From contig NW_003314312.1 in assembly GCF_000143415.4 (NCBI RefSeq), positions 673,551 through 737,509 of the forward strand: 63,959 nt of DNA, given 5' to 3'. The translations under genes were made by a program, and so were the position numbers. This document shows, piece after piece, positions 37,671-51,273 of this stretch. Source of the stretch: Selaginella moellendorffii (taxonomy: Eukaryota; Plantae; Lycopodiophyta). Positions within the stretch are counted from its first letter, which is position 1; the number at the start of each line of letters is the position of its first letter. Under the pieces are notes generated by a model, which had not been told where the DNA came from, searched no databases, and saw only the letters and a list, made by a program, of their open reading frames with translations.

Positions 37671-39951
37671 ATGGCGGATGCCGACGCTGCCGCTCTTCCA
37701 CGGAAGCGAGGAAGGCCGCGCAAGAATCCCCCGACTCAGCTCACTGCCGCGCAGCTCAACTCCAGGGCAGGATCCCTCTTTATCGGTGAGAAGAGCCTCA
37801 ATGGCGATGTTCCAGTCCAGGTTTTAGATTCTGGCTTGGCCGAGGAAGATGTCGACATGGTTGAGATCCAGGCTCCAGCAGAGTCTCCGCCGCCAGCCCG
37901 CCGCCGGGGCAGGCCCAAGAAGAATGCGACCCCGGTCGCCATTCCACTGGAAAGTGGGAGTGACTGCGGTGGATTCCCCGAGAGGAAAGCTGCGAGGCAC
38001 TTGTCCCCGTCCTCGATGCTAGAGGCTTTGCCCACCCCCGGTGAGCCCTTGAGGCGCGAAGAACACACCGTCGAGGATGCCAAGGACGCGCCTTTCATGG
38101 ACAATGTGGTGAAAGTTTTCTGCGTCCACACCGAGCCCAACTTCTCGCTGCCTTGGCAGCGCAAGCGGCAGTTTAGCACCAGCAGCAGCGGGTTTGTGAT
38201 CGAAGGGAAAAGGCTGCTCACGAATGCTCACTCGGTGGAGCATCACACACAGGTGAAGATCAAGAAGCGAGGCTCGGACACCAAGTACCTGGCCAACGTT
38301 CTTGCCATTGGAACCGAGTGTGACATTGGTGAGTTTCCAAGCTTTTATGGTGTTTATGACTTCTTTTTGTTTGCTTCTTTGTTCTATCAGCGATGCTGTC
38401 TGTAAATGACGAAGAGTTTTGGGAGGGTATCACACCCGTGACATTTGGAAGCTTACCGAGGCTCCAGGACGCTGTGACCGTCGTTGGCTATCCGATTGGG
38501 GGTGACACTATATCTGTTACCAGTGGTGTGGTTTCTAGGATCGAAGTTACGTCTTACGTGCATGGAGCAACGGAGCTTATAGGAGTTCAGGTACTCTTTG
38601 AGTCTTTCGTCCCTCGTTTTACTGAACCAACTTCCAGATCGACGCAGCCATTAATTCCGGGAACTCGGGTGGACCTGCCTTCAATCATCGAGGGGAGTGT
38701 GTTGGAATAGCATTCCAGTCATTGAGGCACGAAGATGTGGAGAACATTGGCTATGTGATTCCGACACCGGTCATCGAGCATTTCATCAACGATTACAAGC
38801 GCTCGGGTGACTACACTGGTAATACTGTCCTGTAGTCTTGATTCTAGCTGCGTTCTATTCTTTCCATGTTTTTTTTGCAGGGTTTCCCATTCTTGGCGTG
38901 GAATGGCAGAAGATGGAAAATCCGGATTTGCGGAAGGCAGTCGGGATGGCACCGAATCAGAAAGGTGTTCGCATAAGAAGGGTCGAGCCGACCGCTCCAG
39001 CTGCTCAATATCTTCGGCACTCAGACATCCTCTTGAGCTTCGATGATGTGGCTATTGCGAACGATGGTACCGGTAAGTGGTTCTTGGTTTTCAGAGGTGG
39101 TTTTTAATCAGTGTCTTGATTGTCTCAGTACCATTTCGTCTCGGGGAACGCATAAGTTTCAGCTACCTCGTGTCTCAGAAGTACACTGGAGAATTGGCAA
39201 AAGTGAAAATTTTGCGCGATGGAAATGTTAACGAGTACAATTTGGAGCTGAGGTATCACAAGCGCTTGGTCCCGGCACATATAAAAGGCATAACCCCTTC
39301 GTATTACATTGTGGCGGGTGTCGTGTTTGCGGCGATCACTGTGCCATATCTTCGTTCCGAGGTAGAAGCTATTCTCTTTTTTCTTTTTTCTGTTTTTCAA
39401 TGGTGAGCAAGCTTCTATGTGCAGTATGGCAAGGACTATGACTATGACGCCCCGGTGAAGCTGCTGAACAAGCTTTTGCATTCGATGGCCAAAACTCAAG
39501 ACGAGCAGCTAGTGGTGGTGTCTCAGGTCGAGCGAGCCTTTCCTTCCTGTTGCTTTTATGTAATCTTTTACTTGCTTTTGCAGGTGCTAGTGGCAGACGT
39601 GAACATTGGATACGAGGACATTGTCAACACACAGGTAAAAGTTTGCTCTCCGGCTGGAAACTTACACGGGCTCACCAGGTACTGGCATTCAACGGCACGA
39701 GTGTCACGAACTTGAAGCACCTAGCAAATATGGTGGAGAGCTGCAAAGACGAGTTTCTCAAATTCGATCTCGACCATCAACAGGTGGATCCATAGCTCAA
39801 AAGTATAGATTTGTTCCTGTGATCCTTACACTGGCGTGGCTGATAGGTTCTCGTTCTGGAAACTCAAAGAGCAAAGGCTGCGACACCAGCTATTCTGGCC
39901 ACTCACTGCATACCTTCGCCGATGTCTAGTGACTTGAAAACTACCGCGTGA
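37671..39951 (+). CDS. DEG9: Deg/HtrA serine protease, DEG9-like, with two N-terminal AT-hook-like motifs; multi-exon
   Basis: [22 protein letters not shown] catalytic motifs plus PDZ-like C-terminus; exons start 37671-38328, 38391-38590, 38638-38818, with short GT-AG introns; stop TGA 39949-39951; RKRGRPRK and RRRGRPKK. Confidence 0.9.
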
Positions 39952-40239
39952 GAAGTTCCCACTGTTTTTAAATCGGATGTTATTTTTCTAGGTTATCAAA
40001 CTCTATAATACTAAAACTCTAATGGTTTTCAAAAAAACATTTGAGAGATCGGCAAATTAACGATTTGGCTGGTGTGAAAAAGGAGAGAATAAACTTAGAA
40101 ATTACAGTAGACTGCCTTTGATTTAGGGTGCTCACAATTTTTCTTGTGGCTTCATATTAGGTAATTAAAGAAGAGTTATCTAAAGATAAAATGAGCTCTT
40201 GAAAGTTATGCAAAGTTTTGCAGAAAAAGGGCAATGAAA

Positions 40240-41030
40240 TCATCCATTGGAAGCTTAAGAATCTGGAAAAGTCTCTCCATGACTAAATGAAGCATCGCAA
40301 CGTTGTGTCATGGACTTCATTGCTACTGGAATACGCTGAGACAAGGGAAAGCAAGATGGTTTTGGAGTTGTTCAAAGCTTTTGAATTCACAGGGCTGGAA
40401 GCAACATTGCCAACCTTTGCAGTAGTGTTGCTGATGGCTTGCAGGACTTTGGTGGATCTGGAAACTAGAAGGGAAATCTATGCTGGGATTTGCAAGAGGG
40501 GACTGGAGAGCAGTAGCATCGCAAACAGTGTCACCAATTTCCATGGCGAGTGTGGAAGTATAGCCACTGCTCAGCACTTCTTCGATTCCACTGTGATATC
40601 CAAGGACGTGGTTTTGTGGAACACGCTGATAGCAGGCTACCCAAGGCAACGCAGCCAAAGTGGTGGAGATCTTTGGCAAGCTGGTAGAGGAGGTCACTAC
40701 GCTGGATGGATTTACGTTCCTCTTGGTTATTGTGGCGTGCAGTGCCGTGGGATGGATCAAGCAAGGCTGGAAGTTTTTCTAGAAGATGTGGAGGGAATCC
40801 AAGAACTTCTTGACTTGCTCCACATGGCCACAGTGATTGTAGGCTGTCAAGAGGCACAGGTAAGTGATCCCATTGGCCTGCGATCCCTCCTCCCACATCC
40901 TCCTAAATCTTTCAAGCACCTGTTCAATCTCTCCCACCCGGTTGTAACAGTGAGTTCCAACTCCTGGCTTCCATGGAATCAAAGATGTGGATGTGACAAG
41001 CCTATGGCTTCATTGCTGCAGCTTGCTCAG
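40240..41030. pseudogene. degenerate PPR gene fragments on both strands
   Basis: RNVVSWTSL and KDVVLWNTLIAGY (+); NGITYLCLLTAYNHCGHVE (-); frameshifted. Confidence 0.7.
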
Positions 41031-42154
41031 CTCGCAGCTCTATCAGCATGCAATCACAGCAGAGAATAGGTTTGTGGAAAATCTAGTGTTGTTCTTGAGG
41101 CTCTTGACTCAAATATTTTTATCCTACTCTTTAGTGACTCTTTAATTGATTTATTACACAATTATGTAAACGGTAGTCTTTGTGACCTTTATAAAAAAAC
41201 TACCACTCAACATGTAGGCGATCAGTATCAATATCACTGCCAGTAGTAGCCATAGCTACATGCCAACAGTGGGCATGAGTGAGAGCCAAAGGTATATGTT
41301 CATTTTTTTTCTCTCTTCCAAAGCAATTTTAGGCTACAATTGTTAGATCCCTGAATTAGTTACTACTATGATTCAAGAGTAGAAAAATGTAGACTTTTTT
41401 TTCATTTTTGTTCTGGATTTTGAGAGCTATTCTTTGACACTTTATGGAGTCAAGATGGTGCTGTTGCATGGAGCGAGGAAAACTAAAAGGGTGGACATTG
41501 AGAGGAAACATGTGTTAAACAATAAGCTTTGTCAACTGGTCAACATTTGCTGGGCAATTTTTAATTGCTTACTAAAACATGAAATAATGGTAAATTAGTA
41601 ATTATGTAAAAAACAGAACAATTACTTCTAAGCCATACAACTAAAGAAGTAGACTTCTAGAGATAAATTATTTATGTGGAAAAGAAAAGAATGAATTACA
41701 AGCACTTTCCAATCACTTTGAATTCTTTTGTTTATGGAACTTTTTTTAATTTGTGAAATGGGTAAGTTACAGATAAGCAGCAAATTTATTTTTCTTGAGT
41801 ATATATTCTTTTATTCCATCTCACTGTATAGTATATTTGTACCCCTTCTACAGGGATTACCATTTTCAGCATCAAGAGTTGGTTACTACCTTTCAGAACT
41901 TATGATAAATGGATTACCTCTTGAAACACATATGAGCATCCAAACTTAATAAACTATTAGAACCATATTCAATCATTTTCTGATACTGCCAAGCTGATTG
42001 AATTCCAAGTGTAAAATGTTGTTAGATGCTTGGTAGAAAAACACTTTGCATTAGTTATTTGATTATTTAATAAAATTAAACAGTTATTTACCTCTAAAAC
42101 TCTCAATTATCATTGTTTGTCCAAACACTAGTTCATTAATTCTTATAAATTTGT

Positions 42155-42900
42155 CTATATATTACTTGGTGACCAAACTTCAAATGCTAACACATACCTA
42201 TATATAGGTGTAGGTATGTAACACCAACCTTGCATTTGGGTCGAAGAGCAACAAATGATAAAGAAATGCATACAGGAGAAGGCCCACAAAAGGTAAAGCT
42301 TGACATTCCAAGTGATCCATAAACTACCATGTTTCCATCTTCTTGCATGAGTGCCCAGCAATCAAACCCAAATCAGAGCTCCAAAACTGCTTACTAATAG
42401 CATATGATCAGTTCCAAGTGTAATCCATGAATAATAAATTTACTCCAATTTGTGGATGCTGAATTTTCTGCCTCGGAATGAGCCGTGCTTTTGGTACCAG
42501 GAATTAGCATGGTTGAGAAAGGGTTGCAAAACTTAGTTGGTGGGTTTCCATGCATTAAATTGAGTGATTGACGATTGATCCAACTTAGATTTGCATTATA
42601 GCTAGTGACTAATCTTGTATAGCCCAAGATCATGTAGGAAACTCCAAATACCCCAATATCACTAACAGTGACAACTAATCCAAAGGCAGCAGGAACATTA
42701 GTAATCTCATCATTAATTTTGTCTCATTAGTAATTTCATCTCGAAGTTTTGAGTGGATTCAAAGTTAGAAACATATCTATTAATATGGCATTATGGAGTG
42801 AAGTCACTAAAAAGTAAAACCCGATCTGAAACAATATCCCATTATAATTAAATTCTCCAGTTAAGAAAGTCCTTTAACAGTTACAAGGAATAGCTAATTT
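42155..42900 (-). pseudogene. decayed paralogue of the bulb-lectin gene at 61.5-62.4 kb
   Basis: FCNPFSTMLIPGTKS and WALMQEDGNMVVYGSLG match 61456-62436; stops/frameshifts present. Confidence 0.75.
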
Positions 42901-44639
42901 AGTATTAACTAATTAACCTATTATAGTTTCCATTATATCTTGATCACCACAATAATGGTATTCCTATTGCTTGGATTCTAACTTCAACGAGAGAGGACAA
43001 CATATAGTATAATGGATGCAAGCATTGAAGGATTAAATTTTGGAACAGAATAGAGATTGGAAACCAAATGAAATACTATAAGGTATAACGAATTATTATT
43101 ATTTATAATTTAGGGCTACATTCAAATGTATTCATACGGTATGTTGGCTGAAGCATCTAATTAAAAAAGTCCAATGTTTTGAGATTCATATGAGGTATCA
43201 TATTTTAAACTATTTGTGGCACTATTTTGATGCTAAAAAACTATAAGTGGAAGTTATGGAGCTGATTGAGAAGTTTGAAGTTGATTTCAAATGTGAAAAA
43301 GATTTTTTCAGATATTTTCATACTTAATGGAGAAACAAAGTTGGCAAGTAAAAATATCATAATACACTTGATTTTGAATAATCATATTCTTATTATTAGG
43401 TATGTGGGTTTTATACTTTCCACACAATCAAGACTTTCAAACTAATATGAAATCTATTGTCTTACCTGAGAAGAGATATGGAAGAAATAGAAGAATGGAG
43501 TGGGTGATTAAGCAGTTTATAACAAAAGTTGATTCTAGATACTAGTTTATTGATCATTGCAAGACTTATACTTTTATTCAAAACTTTCTATAACAAAGCT
43601 AATCGACAATACTATTATAACAAGTTACATTTAATGCAACAAACTTGATATAGCATATGTTCAATCTTCTTCCAATCCAAGCATTCAATATCTTATTTTT
43701 GGTACAAGTACAAGCCAAAATAATTGAGCCTTTTCGAGTTATTAGGCAACTATTGTAAACACCAAGCAAAAGTATTAATGCTTTGACAAGAACAAGAAAG
43801 TTGTTATATTCAACCATCACAGTTGAATGAAGGTCATGATATATCTCTACCACAACAAGATATGGAAATACTAGATGTTGAAGAGGTGTGTTTTTCATGT
43901 GTTAGAAATTCTTCATTATCTAAAAATAAAGATATTATATTCTAAATAATTAATATAAAATTTTATTATATGTGCTAGTGTTAAAGATATATTACATGTA
44001 TCATAATCAAAAGTACAAGATGTTAGAATACAAGAGATAGTATCTGCTAAAGCTACCTGGAAGAAACTTCAATTGTTGATGATAACTATGCTTGATAAAA
44101 AATTAAAAAATGAAGCATTTATAGCAATGGTATACAATGATTTGAAGATTCTAGATAAAAATATTTCAATCTAAACTAGAAGAGGTTATTTATCCATTGA
44201 AGGAATTCAAACAATGAAAAGATGGATATAGTATACCCTTCAAGCAAATTAAACCATTAGTTGAGAAGATTTTGCAAGAAAGGAAAAGCTAAAGTATTAA
44301 TAAATAAAGCAACTCCTTTTAGTCGACCTAAGAAATTGAGGCATAAAAATTTTTTTTCAAGAAAAGCTTATTAGAGGTTTAACTAATTTTTGTTGAATGA
44401 TTAATAATATAATATATAATTATAAAAAGTTGGAGTTTATACTAAGTTAAATAAAGCCTTATATAACTATGATAGCCAAGCAACTTGTTTCAATTAGTAT
44501 TAAAAAAATTTTACTTGTTAAAAGTGGCCAGTGAGCACAGTTAGCATGTAGGGTTCCCATATATGGCCAACACCGGCCACACTTTCTTTCCTTATATGGA
44601 TTTCGATGTGGCAAAAAAAAACAAAATTTAACGAAAGGT

Positions 44640-44780
44640 GAAATGCTTTGAAATCCTAGAAGGAATGTCTAATTGAGAGTGGTAGTGCTTTAAAACCCTA
44701 GAAGAATTGACTGATTAAGAGTGCCTCAAAATCCTAGAAGAATCGACCAATTAAGAGTGGCAGCACCTCAAAATCCCACA
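44640..44780. repeat. ~35-45-bp tandem repeat (aaatcctagaag...attaagagtg) x3
   Basis: Visible tandem units. Confidence 0.7.
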
Positions 44781-44869
44781 AAGAGTGTCTTGTTGCCATA
44801 GCCACATTTGAGTGTAATCTAGCACTTACCAGCAATCCAACTCAATTCCACAACACTTATCTTCCCTAT

Positions 44870-46060
44870 CATTATATAAAGTGGGTGAAAATCCCACTAG
44901 TTTTCCCAATATACCACTATGTAGTGCATGTGCTTTTTACCCTTTATCCTATGGTGATTTACCATAGGATAACACCACGAAGTGGAACTTAAACCTTCTT
45001 TTTGCCACGTGATAGATGCCACGTGTCACATGCCACGTGTCCAAAGGATAGTGGTGTAGAACCCGAGTTTTAGAGCCTTGGGCCACTAAACGAAAGAACG
45101 GTGCCAAACTCCCAAGCTTGGAGCCAAAGAGTGACAGAACCGAACCACAAAGCAACTCCCGAGCATACAGCCCAAGGAGCAAAGGGACAAGAGCCCGGAG
45201 CGACTTGGAACAGTCCTGGAGCAACCAACATCCTAATGCCAAGACTGGCACACAAAACGGAGCCAAACGGAGTCTGGTGCTATTTCGGCATACCAGCGGC
45301 CTAACGTGAGGACATGGGTACTCCACCAGCTAGCATGGAATGGAACTTGGGCTTAAACCCAAGCCAGATGCAAAATAAGGACAAACACGCAAGCGGGAGC
45401 TAAATTATGTCTCAAGTTAGTCAGCCATGCCCGACCTACCCACTGTCCCTACTATACATTTAGAACCTACTATAGCCCCCCCCCCCCTCCCCCTTGAGGA
45501 ACACATGCTTTGGGCTTTCACCCCAAGCCTCTTTAGTATCAGGAGTTAGTCTCTGGGAGAAGCTCGAAACTTATTAAATATGGAATGTCCTTAGATTGCG
45601 AATTTGGACACGGGACGAACACCTTTGTGTTCAGGCCGATCTCTACATTCCGTAGATATGCCAAATGAGCAAATCTGGACACTTTCCATAAATAACATTT
45701 GGGACCGAAATGAGACTAACACAAAGGGCATGATAGCGAGGGTGTTTGGCAGACATGGTAAGCTATCATCTAGCGATATTGAGGGACTAACCTCAATATA
45801 GTGGGGGTTCCCAACACTAGCAAGTGCAAGTCAACATCATGAGTTTCTCATCACCATGTCAAGTCTGCTTGACAAATGTCAACTTAGGATTTCCTTCCTT
45901 AATGTCCTTCCGGTCTAAGTGCACATGTGATGACTAGTTTCTCAACTAGCTCAGGTGGAGACTGATAACGAGTCTAGCAATACCGACCTCCTACCATCGT
46001 GGCAATAAGGAAAGAGTGTCCATAAGGACTGGCTGACAGGTAACTTTCGATACCCAAAGT
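44870..46060 (-). mobile_element. family C LTR element remnant (best-preserved copy)
   Basis: Reverse-complement homology to 12590-13288 and 25420-26110. Confidence 0.6.
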
Positions 46061-46199
46061 CACATTTGCGACACACTAGCACCTGTGAAAGCAAGTAAAA
46101 AATTGATTGAGCAACATAAAAGCAACATGAAGGAAAGGCTCACTTGACTTGAGATACCACCACTAGCCAGTTTTGGCCATCAAATGCAAAAGTTTGTTT

Positions 46200-46465
46200 A
46201 GCAGCGTCACCAGGGTATCATAATCATAGCCCTTGCCATACTGCATATAAAAGCTTGCTCACCATGAGTGTGTATTTCTTAAGGGCATTTATATTTTTTA
46301 AAGCTATGTAAATAACAAAAACTTTTATAAAATACTATTACTTAACTCATGTTTGTACATTGGAGAATCAGCAAAAGTGAAAATTTTGTGCAATGGCAAT
46401 GTTAACAAGTACAATTTAGAGCTGAGTGCTTGATCTGGGTACATATAAAAGGCATGCCCCCCTTC
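46200..46465. pseudogene. DEG9 gene fragments in both orientations
   Basis: 46200-46265 is the reverse complement of ~39400-39470; 46356-46465 matches 39180-39300. Confidence 0.75.
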
Positions 46466-47866
46466 TCCAAAATCTCTTATGTTTACTCCTCTTGCACTAG
46501 AAGTTTTTAGCTTCATAGGATGAAGATGGGCTTATACTATGCTCTAAAGATGAAGATGGGCCCATATAGCCCATACTACACTCTGAGGATGATGATAAGG
46601 CCATATGGCTTATACTTCATTCCTCTTTAGTTTCGTCACCAAAATTCACTATCCATCACCAGCACTTACTTCCACTCTAGTTTCTCCTCCTTGCCCAAGC
46701 AAAACTCTTCAGCTAAAGGTGGGGTGAAGTCTCCTTTTGCGAACAATGATAGTGATATGTCTAATAACTAGGATGATGAGGATGATAGTGGTTTTGAAGA
46801 AGAATGAGAAAAGTTTAGTGTTTTAATTTTATAGTGTTATTTTTAAACTATGTTCTCTATTTTATCAAGTTATTATATATTTTCTTTTTTGGTTTGCTTA
46901 AGTAAACCTGTAGAGGGACTGGGATGGTAATGGATATACCTAGAATATGCTTGGATATTCTAGGATATTCTACCATCTAACAGTTGTTATTCATTTAGAT
47001 TACTCTTGTATTTATAATTTATAAACATGTTTATAATTTTTAGTATATTCTTTTTAATTCTATCATCTAATGGTTGATATGCAATTAGATTAATCTTGAG
47101 TTTATAAATTACAAACATGCTTATAATGTTAAACTTATTTAATTAATTGGATTAATAAGTAAGAATGACTCTAATATTAAGAAAGCCAAGCATTGGCATA
47201 TGTAATCCATAGCAATTTTTTTCATAATTCCATTTGAGAAGCTTACTAATTATGAAAGAGGTTACTACAAATGAGAATATATTAAAGACATTCATATAAA
47301 AATGAGTAAAGACATGCATTTAAAAGCTAATTTTGAACTTCTAAGTGACTCTAAAGAAAAAAGTTTAGGAGGAATTACTTCTAAATTCTGACGATGAAAC
47401 ATAGTTCCTTCTTCACCTTGACTGCTGGATGCTCCTTCTCTTGTTTGAGTTTTTTATTTTTAATAAGTAGGAGGACTTCTTCTAGAGACAAAAGATGGTG
47501 TTTGTGTATCTTTGCTATGTTTGCCTCTATGCTTTTCAAAATCCTTCTGCTCAAATTCTAAATATATGTCATCTGACCAACTTAGCTACTAAGGATAATA
47601 TCGAAACTCATATGCTGTCATTATTGAAATAAACACTTCTTTATACATGGATTGGTTGACATCCTTGTTATTCCAAATTTTGCCTTCTCTAGTATAATTT
47701 TCTACCACCCATTGCTATAAACATTTTGAAATACCTAGAATCAAACCATAAAACTTAGTTGGCATTAAAAGAAACAAGTAAGAAACAAACAAACCACAAG
47801 CTTAATTTACATCAAAAAAGTGACAAATAAACCATTTGATGGCCAAATGGTTTTTCTCTCCCTTAA

Positions 47867-48160
47867 TGTTATGTAACATATGTGTTTTTCACCTTTTACC
47901 CTATAGTGATTTATTAAAAATTAATTATGAAGTGGAACTTAAATCTTTAAACATATAGGCCAAAGGAAACAAAATAAAACCCATATTTCAAAGTCTTGAG
48001 CTATTGAATGAAAGGATAGAACCAAACTCCTAAGTATATAACCAAAGAGTGAAGGAATTGAAGTATAAAACAACTTTAAAGATATAGAACAATAAACTAT
48101 ACCTCAAATTAGTTAACTATACCCATTATCCCTACTATACATTTAGAACCCCGTCCCCCC
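47867..48160 (-). mobile_element. family C LTR fragment
   Basis: Homology to 44930-45480. Confidence 0.55.
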
Positions 48161-48959
48161 AAAGTTGGCCTGTATACATTTAAAACCCCGTTTGTATGAT
48201 TGTATGATGCATGTTATGATAATTTGTTGAACGCCCTTATTGAACACCCTGATTCAATACATCAGGTATAAATTGTATTTGCAAGGAAGATATATAGGAT
48301 TGGGTTTAAGATTGCAGGAGCTTTATGCAAGGAAAAATGGCATACTAGGAAGTGTTAGGAAACGAATAGCAGATGTAGCAAACTTCAATAAAGCTACATA
48401 GGATATAGGTATCATTGATCAAAGTGGCTATAGTGGGGACTAGAAGACAAATTGGAGAAAGCATGCAATGACAAATTCATATACTATTGTTGTTGATGAC
48501 ACACACAAGCTAGAATTCATCAACATCAACATGCTAGCCTGTGATTTTTCATCAAAGAAAGAATTTGAACTTTAATGACACTAAACAACCATAACAACAA
48601 ATACAAGTAGTAAACATCGTCAAGGACTTCATGACTTGCATTGGGTTTTACATTGTGTACCAAACAGGAAGGTCATGCTATTATTATTTGGAATGTGAGA
48701 AGAGGTGTATAAAGGAACTTCCAAGGAATATAGTGGCACCATGCATCATAGGTTTTATAATATACAAGGAAAATAAAACACTCAAAACATTTTGGTTCTG
48801 CAATTATAACATCCTCCACAGCTGGAATAGGTATATGGCTTTGGTGATCCACTAGAAAAATAGCCAATCATGAAAGATACCAAGGTTACTCTGGTAGAGC
48901 TTCACAATCTCAACACAGTAAGGTTTGTGCTAGGACACACCACATTTTCAAACAAGATT

Positions 48960-49120
48960 GCACAGCACACTTTCAATGCAAGCACATATTGAAAATGTCA
49001 ACATGTACAACAATAGAGATAAGGAAGAAGTACTTCTAAATAGTAAAGGGAACCATTACAAGGTAACTATAGAAATGGAACCTTCTTGTGCATGTCTAGA
49101 CTTTCAGAAAGGTTTAAGCA
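48960..49120 (+). pseudogene. SWIM zinc-finger-like fragment
   Basis: GNHYKVTIEMEPSCACLDFQKG. Confidence 0.45.
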
Positions 49121-49174
49121 ACCTTTCTGAGCTATGGAACGATCTTACTCTGGCACTGGCTAGGAGCTCGACTG

Positions 49175-49775
49175 CTTGGACACACGAACAGCAGTCTCGA
49201 CCTTTTTTACGTTCTGCCCGCCTTTGCCTCCAGATCTACGCGTTGTAATCTCAAGGTCCCCATCGGGTAACTCCACCTCGATCTCGCTCTCTTCCAGCAG
49301 AGGCATCACTTCCACTCCTGCAAAGCTCATCTGTGAAGAGAAGCGAACATTGAGACAAGAGTTTCGATGAAACTAACGTTTGCTTCACCTTTGCTTCACC
49401 TGTCGTAGACCTTTAGAGTTGAAAAGGCACGCACAGTACCAGCCTGTGCGTGCCTTTCTCTCCGGAGATATAACCATACGCATATCTCCCGTCGATCTCG
49501 AGTGTGGCCGATTTGATCCCAGCTTCCTCACCAGGAGAACTCTCCACCACAGTCGACTTAAAGCCCGACCTGGTAGCACATCGCTGGTACATCCTTAGAA
49601 GCATCTCAGCCCAATCCCGCGCTGGAATGTATGTAAAACAATCTCAAACCTTCGAAAAAGATATCAGCACACGATGTTACCTGCGCATCGGTTCCGCCAG
49701 CGTCCGCTGTAATAATGATCCGAGCTCCTTCTTTGTCAGAAGTTCCAGACAAGAGCTTGATCAACTCGAAACTAT
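49175..49775 (-). pseudogene. prfB: organellar peptide chain release factor 2 fragment with introns
   Basis: AGGTDAQ; EEAGIKSATLEIDGRYAYGYISGEKGTHRLV; [18 protein letters not shown] (GGQ motif); SPF region disrupted. Confidence 0.85.
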
Positions 49776-49784
49776 GCCAAACCC

Positions 49785-50061
49785 AGTGAGCTGTAGCATG
49801 AGACACTTCACGTCACTTTGTGTAAAAGGCTGCTTCATGGCGTTCATCAATCCTTTCAAATCATGCTCCATGTACTTCATCACCATGAAGATGCTGTCCA
49901 AGTTGCTGCCGACCACCACTTCCTTCACATCCAACAGCAACCGCCTCGGAGAATATAGACAAGGGCGGCGCCGCATCAGATTTCCTGCCGTCGTCAAGGT
50001 CCCAAACAATGGGAGAGTACTTCCCCATCGTCGCCCTCTGCGGCCCTGGAATCCGTGGCAA
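49785..50061 (-). pseudogene. CDKG/CDK11-type kinase fragment fused upstream of the RF2 fragment
   Basis: [46 protein letters not shown]. Confidence 0.85.
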
Positions 50062-50582
50062 TGTCGGCCCTAAAGTCCATTAGCTCGATCGGGCGGGAGC
50101 ATGAGAGCTAGCGCATTTGGAGCTCACTGGCGAGCGCCATTCGCTCCACTCCAAAGCCACGAGCCCTAAAACACAGAGAAGTAAAATATTTACCCTTTGT
50201 TAGTCTAATGTTTCTCGATTCTTTATGAAAGGAGGAAAGAAAGTTCTTGTGCATCGCTAAACCCTAGAAACCCTTTAAACCTCGAGCAATATAAAAAAGA
50301 GCCCTTTAATGATATGGTCTAAAGAATTTCCAGAAAGATCTTTTTCGTTTCTCCCACGGCATAGTACCACACTCGATGATTTCACGTGAAACGAATATAC
50401 TGGCTTTTCTATGCTTGCGTATCCCCGTTCTTCGTCGCGGATGTTCTAAACCGAAAAAAAGCAAGAAAACCAAGGTACACTTCTTGGAAGCGAACACGTC
50501 AATGTTATTGACTTGATTCTGTCCCCCGTACCGCAAAAAAACTCTAAACAAATCCCTCAACCAAAAAGCTGTCTAGGCCGCT

Positions 50583-50950
50583 GTGGATGAGCTCGAAACC
50601 ATCCAAACAAAGCGCTTGAATCCGGTGCCGCTGCTCGTTTTCGCCCACGGCGCTGGGGCTCCATCCTCATCCGACTGCATGATCAGGTTTGTCTCTCCGG
50701 ATCTTCCTTTAATCCTCTTTTCTTTTTTCTTTTCGTTTCTTCCGGCAAGATGGAAGAACTTGTTGGCAACGGCGGCCAACGCCGTGGATGTGATAACATT
50801 CGACTATCCCTGTGGGTCTTCTTTCTTATTCTTTTTCTTCTTTCTTGGAAGATCTTCTTAGTTTTCTCTAGTTAAATGACATTCATTTTCTCCATGTAAA
50901 TATATAGGAGGCGCATTTTGTTGGACTAAAATCCATTCAAGAGAGCATGT
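50583..50950 (+). pseudogene. alpha/beta-hydrolase (KANSL3-like) 5' fragment
   Basis: PLLVFAHGAGAPSSSD-MIR|WKNLL...VITFDYP with short introns; C-terminal exons not found. Confidence 0.65.
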
Positions 50951-51075
50951 AAGTAAATCGTTGTTATTGTAGAATTCTAGACTCGGAGACGCTCCGAGTG
51001 AGAGAACGAGCTGCTGCTTGGCATTCTTCTTCTCTTCGCAAGCTACCTGGCCTGTGCTCAAGCATCGGATGACAT
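50945..51075. repeat. ~130-bp imperfect direct repeat (left copy; right copy ~55355-55475)
   Basis: agcatgtaagtaaa...aattctagact...gagctgctgcttgg..attcttct...ctggcctgtgctc on both sides of the Roco gene. Confidence 0.8.
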
Positions 51076-51273
51076 AGGAAACTTGTACAGCTTGTCTAAC
51101 GCATAATTGCTTACAAAAACAATTACCTTTAAAGCAAAAGAAAAAGAAATAGATTTGGCATGATTGATGCCACTTTGTACGACGTGCACCGTAGGGTTGC
51201 GTTGGCATCTGATTTCATGTTTAAACATGCCAAGCCACTGACTCATCTTTGCTAGCCACTTCCAAGTTGTCAT

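Noticed and set aside
49175-49775. prfB fragment as bacterial contamination, HGT or RF2 +1 frameshifting
   Set aside because: It has spliceosomal GT-AG introns, so it derives from the nuclear gene for organellar RF2; the frameshift region is not present
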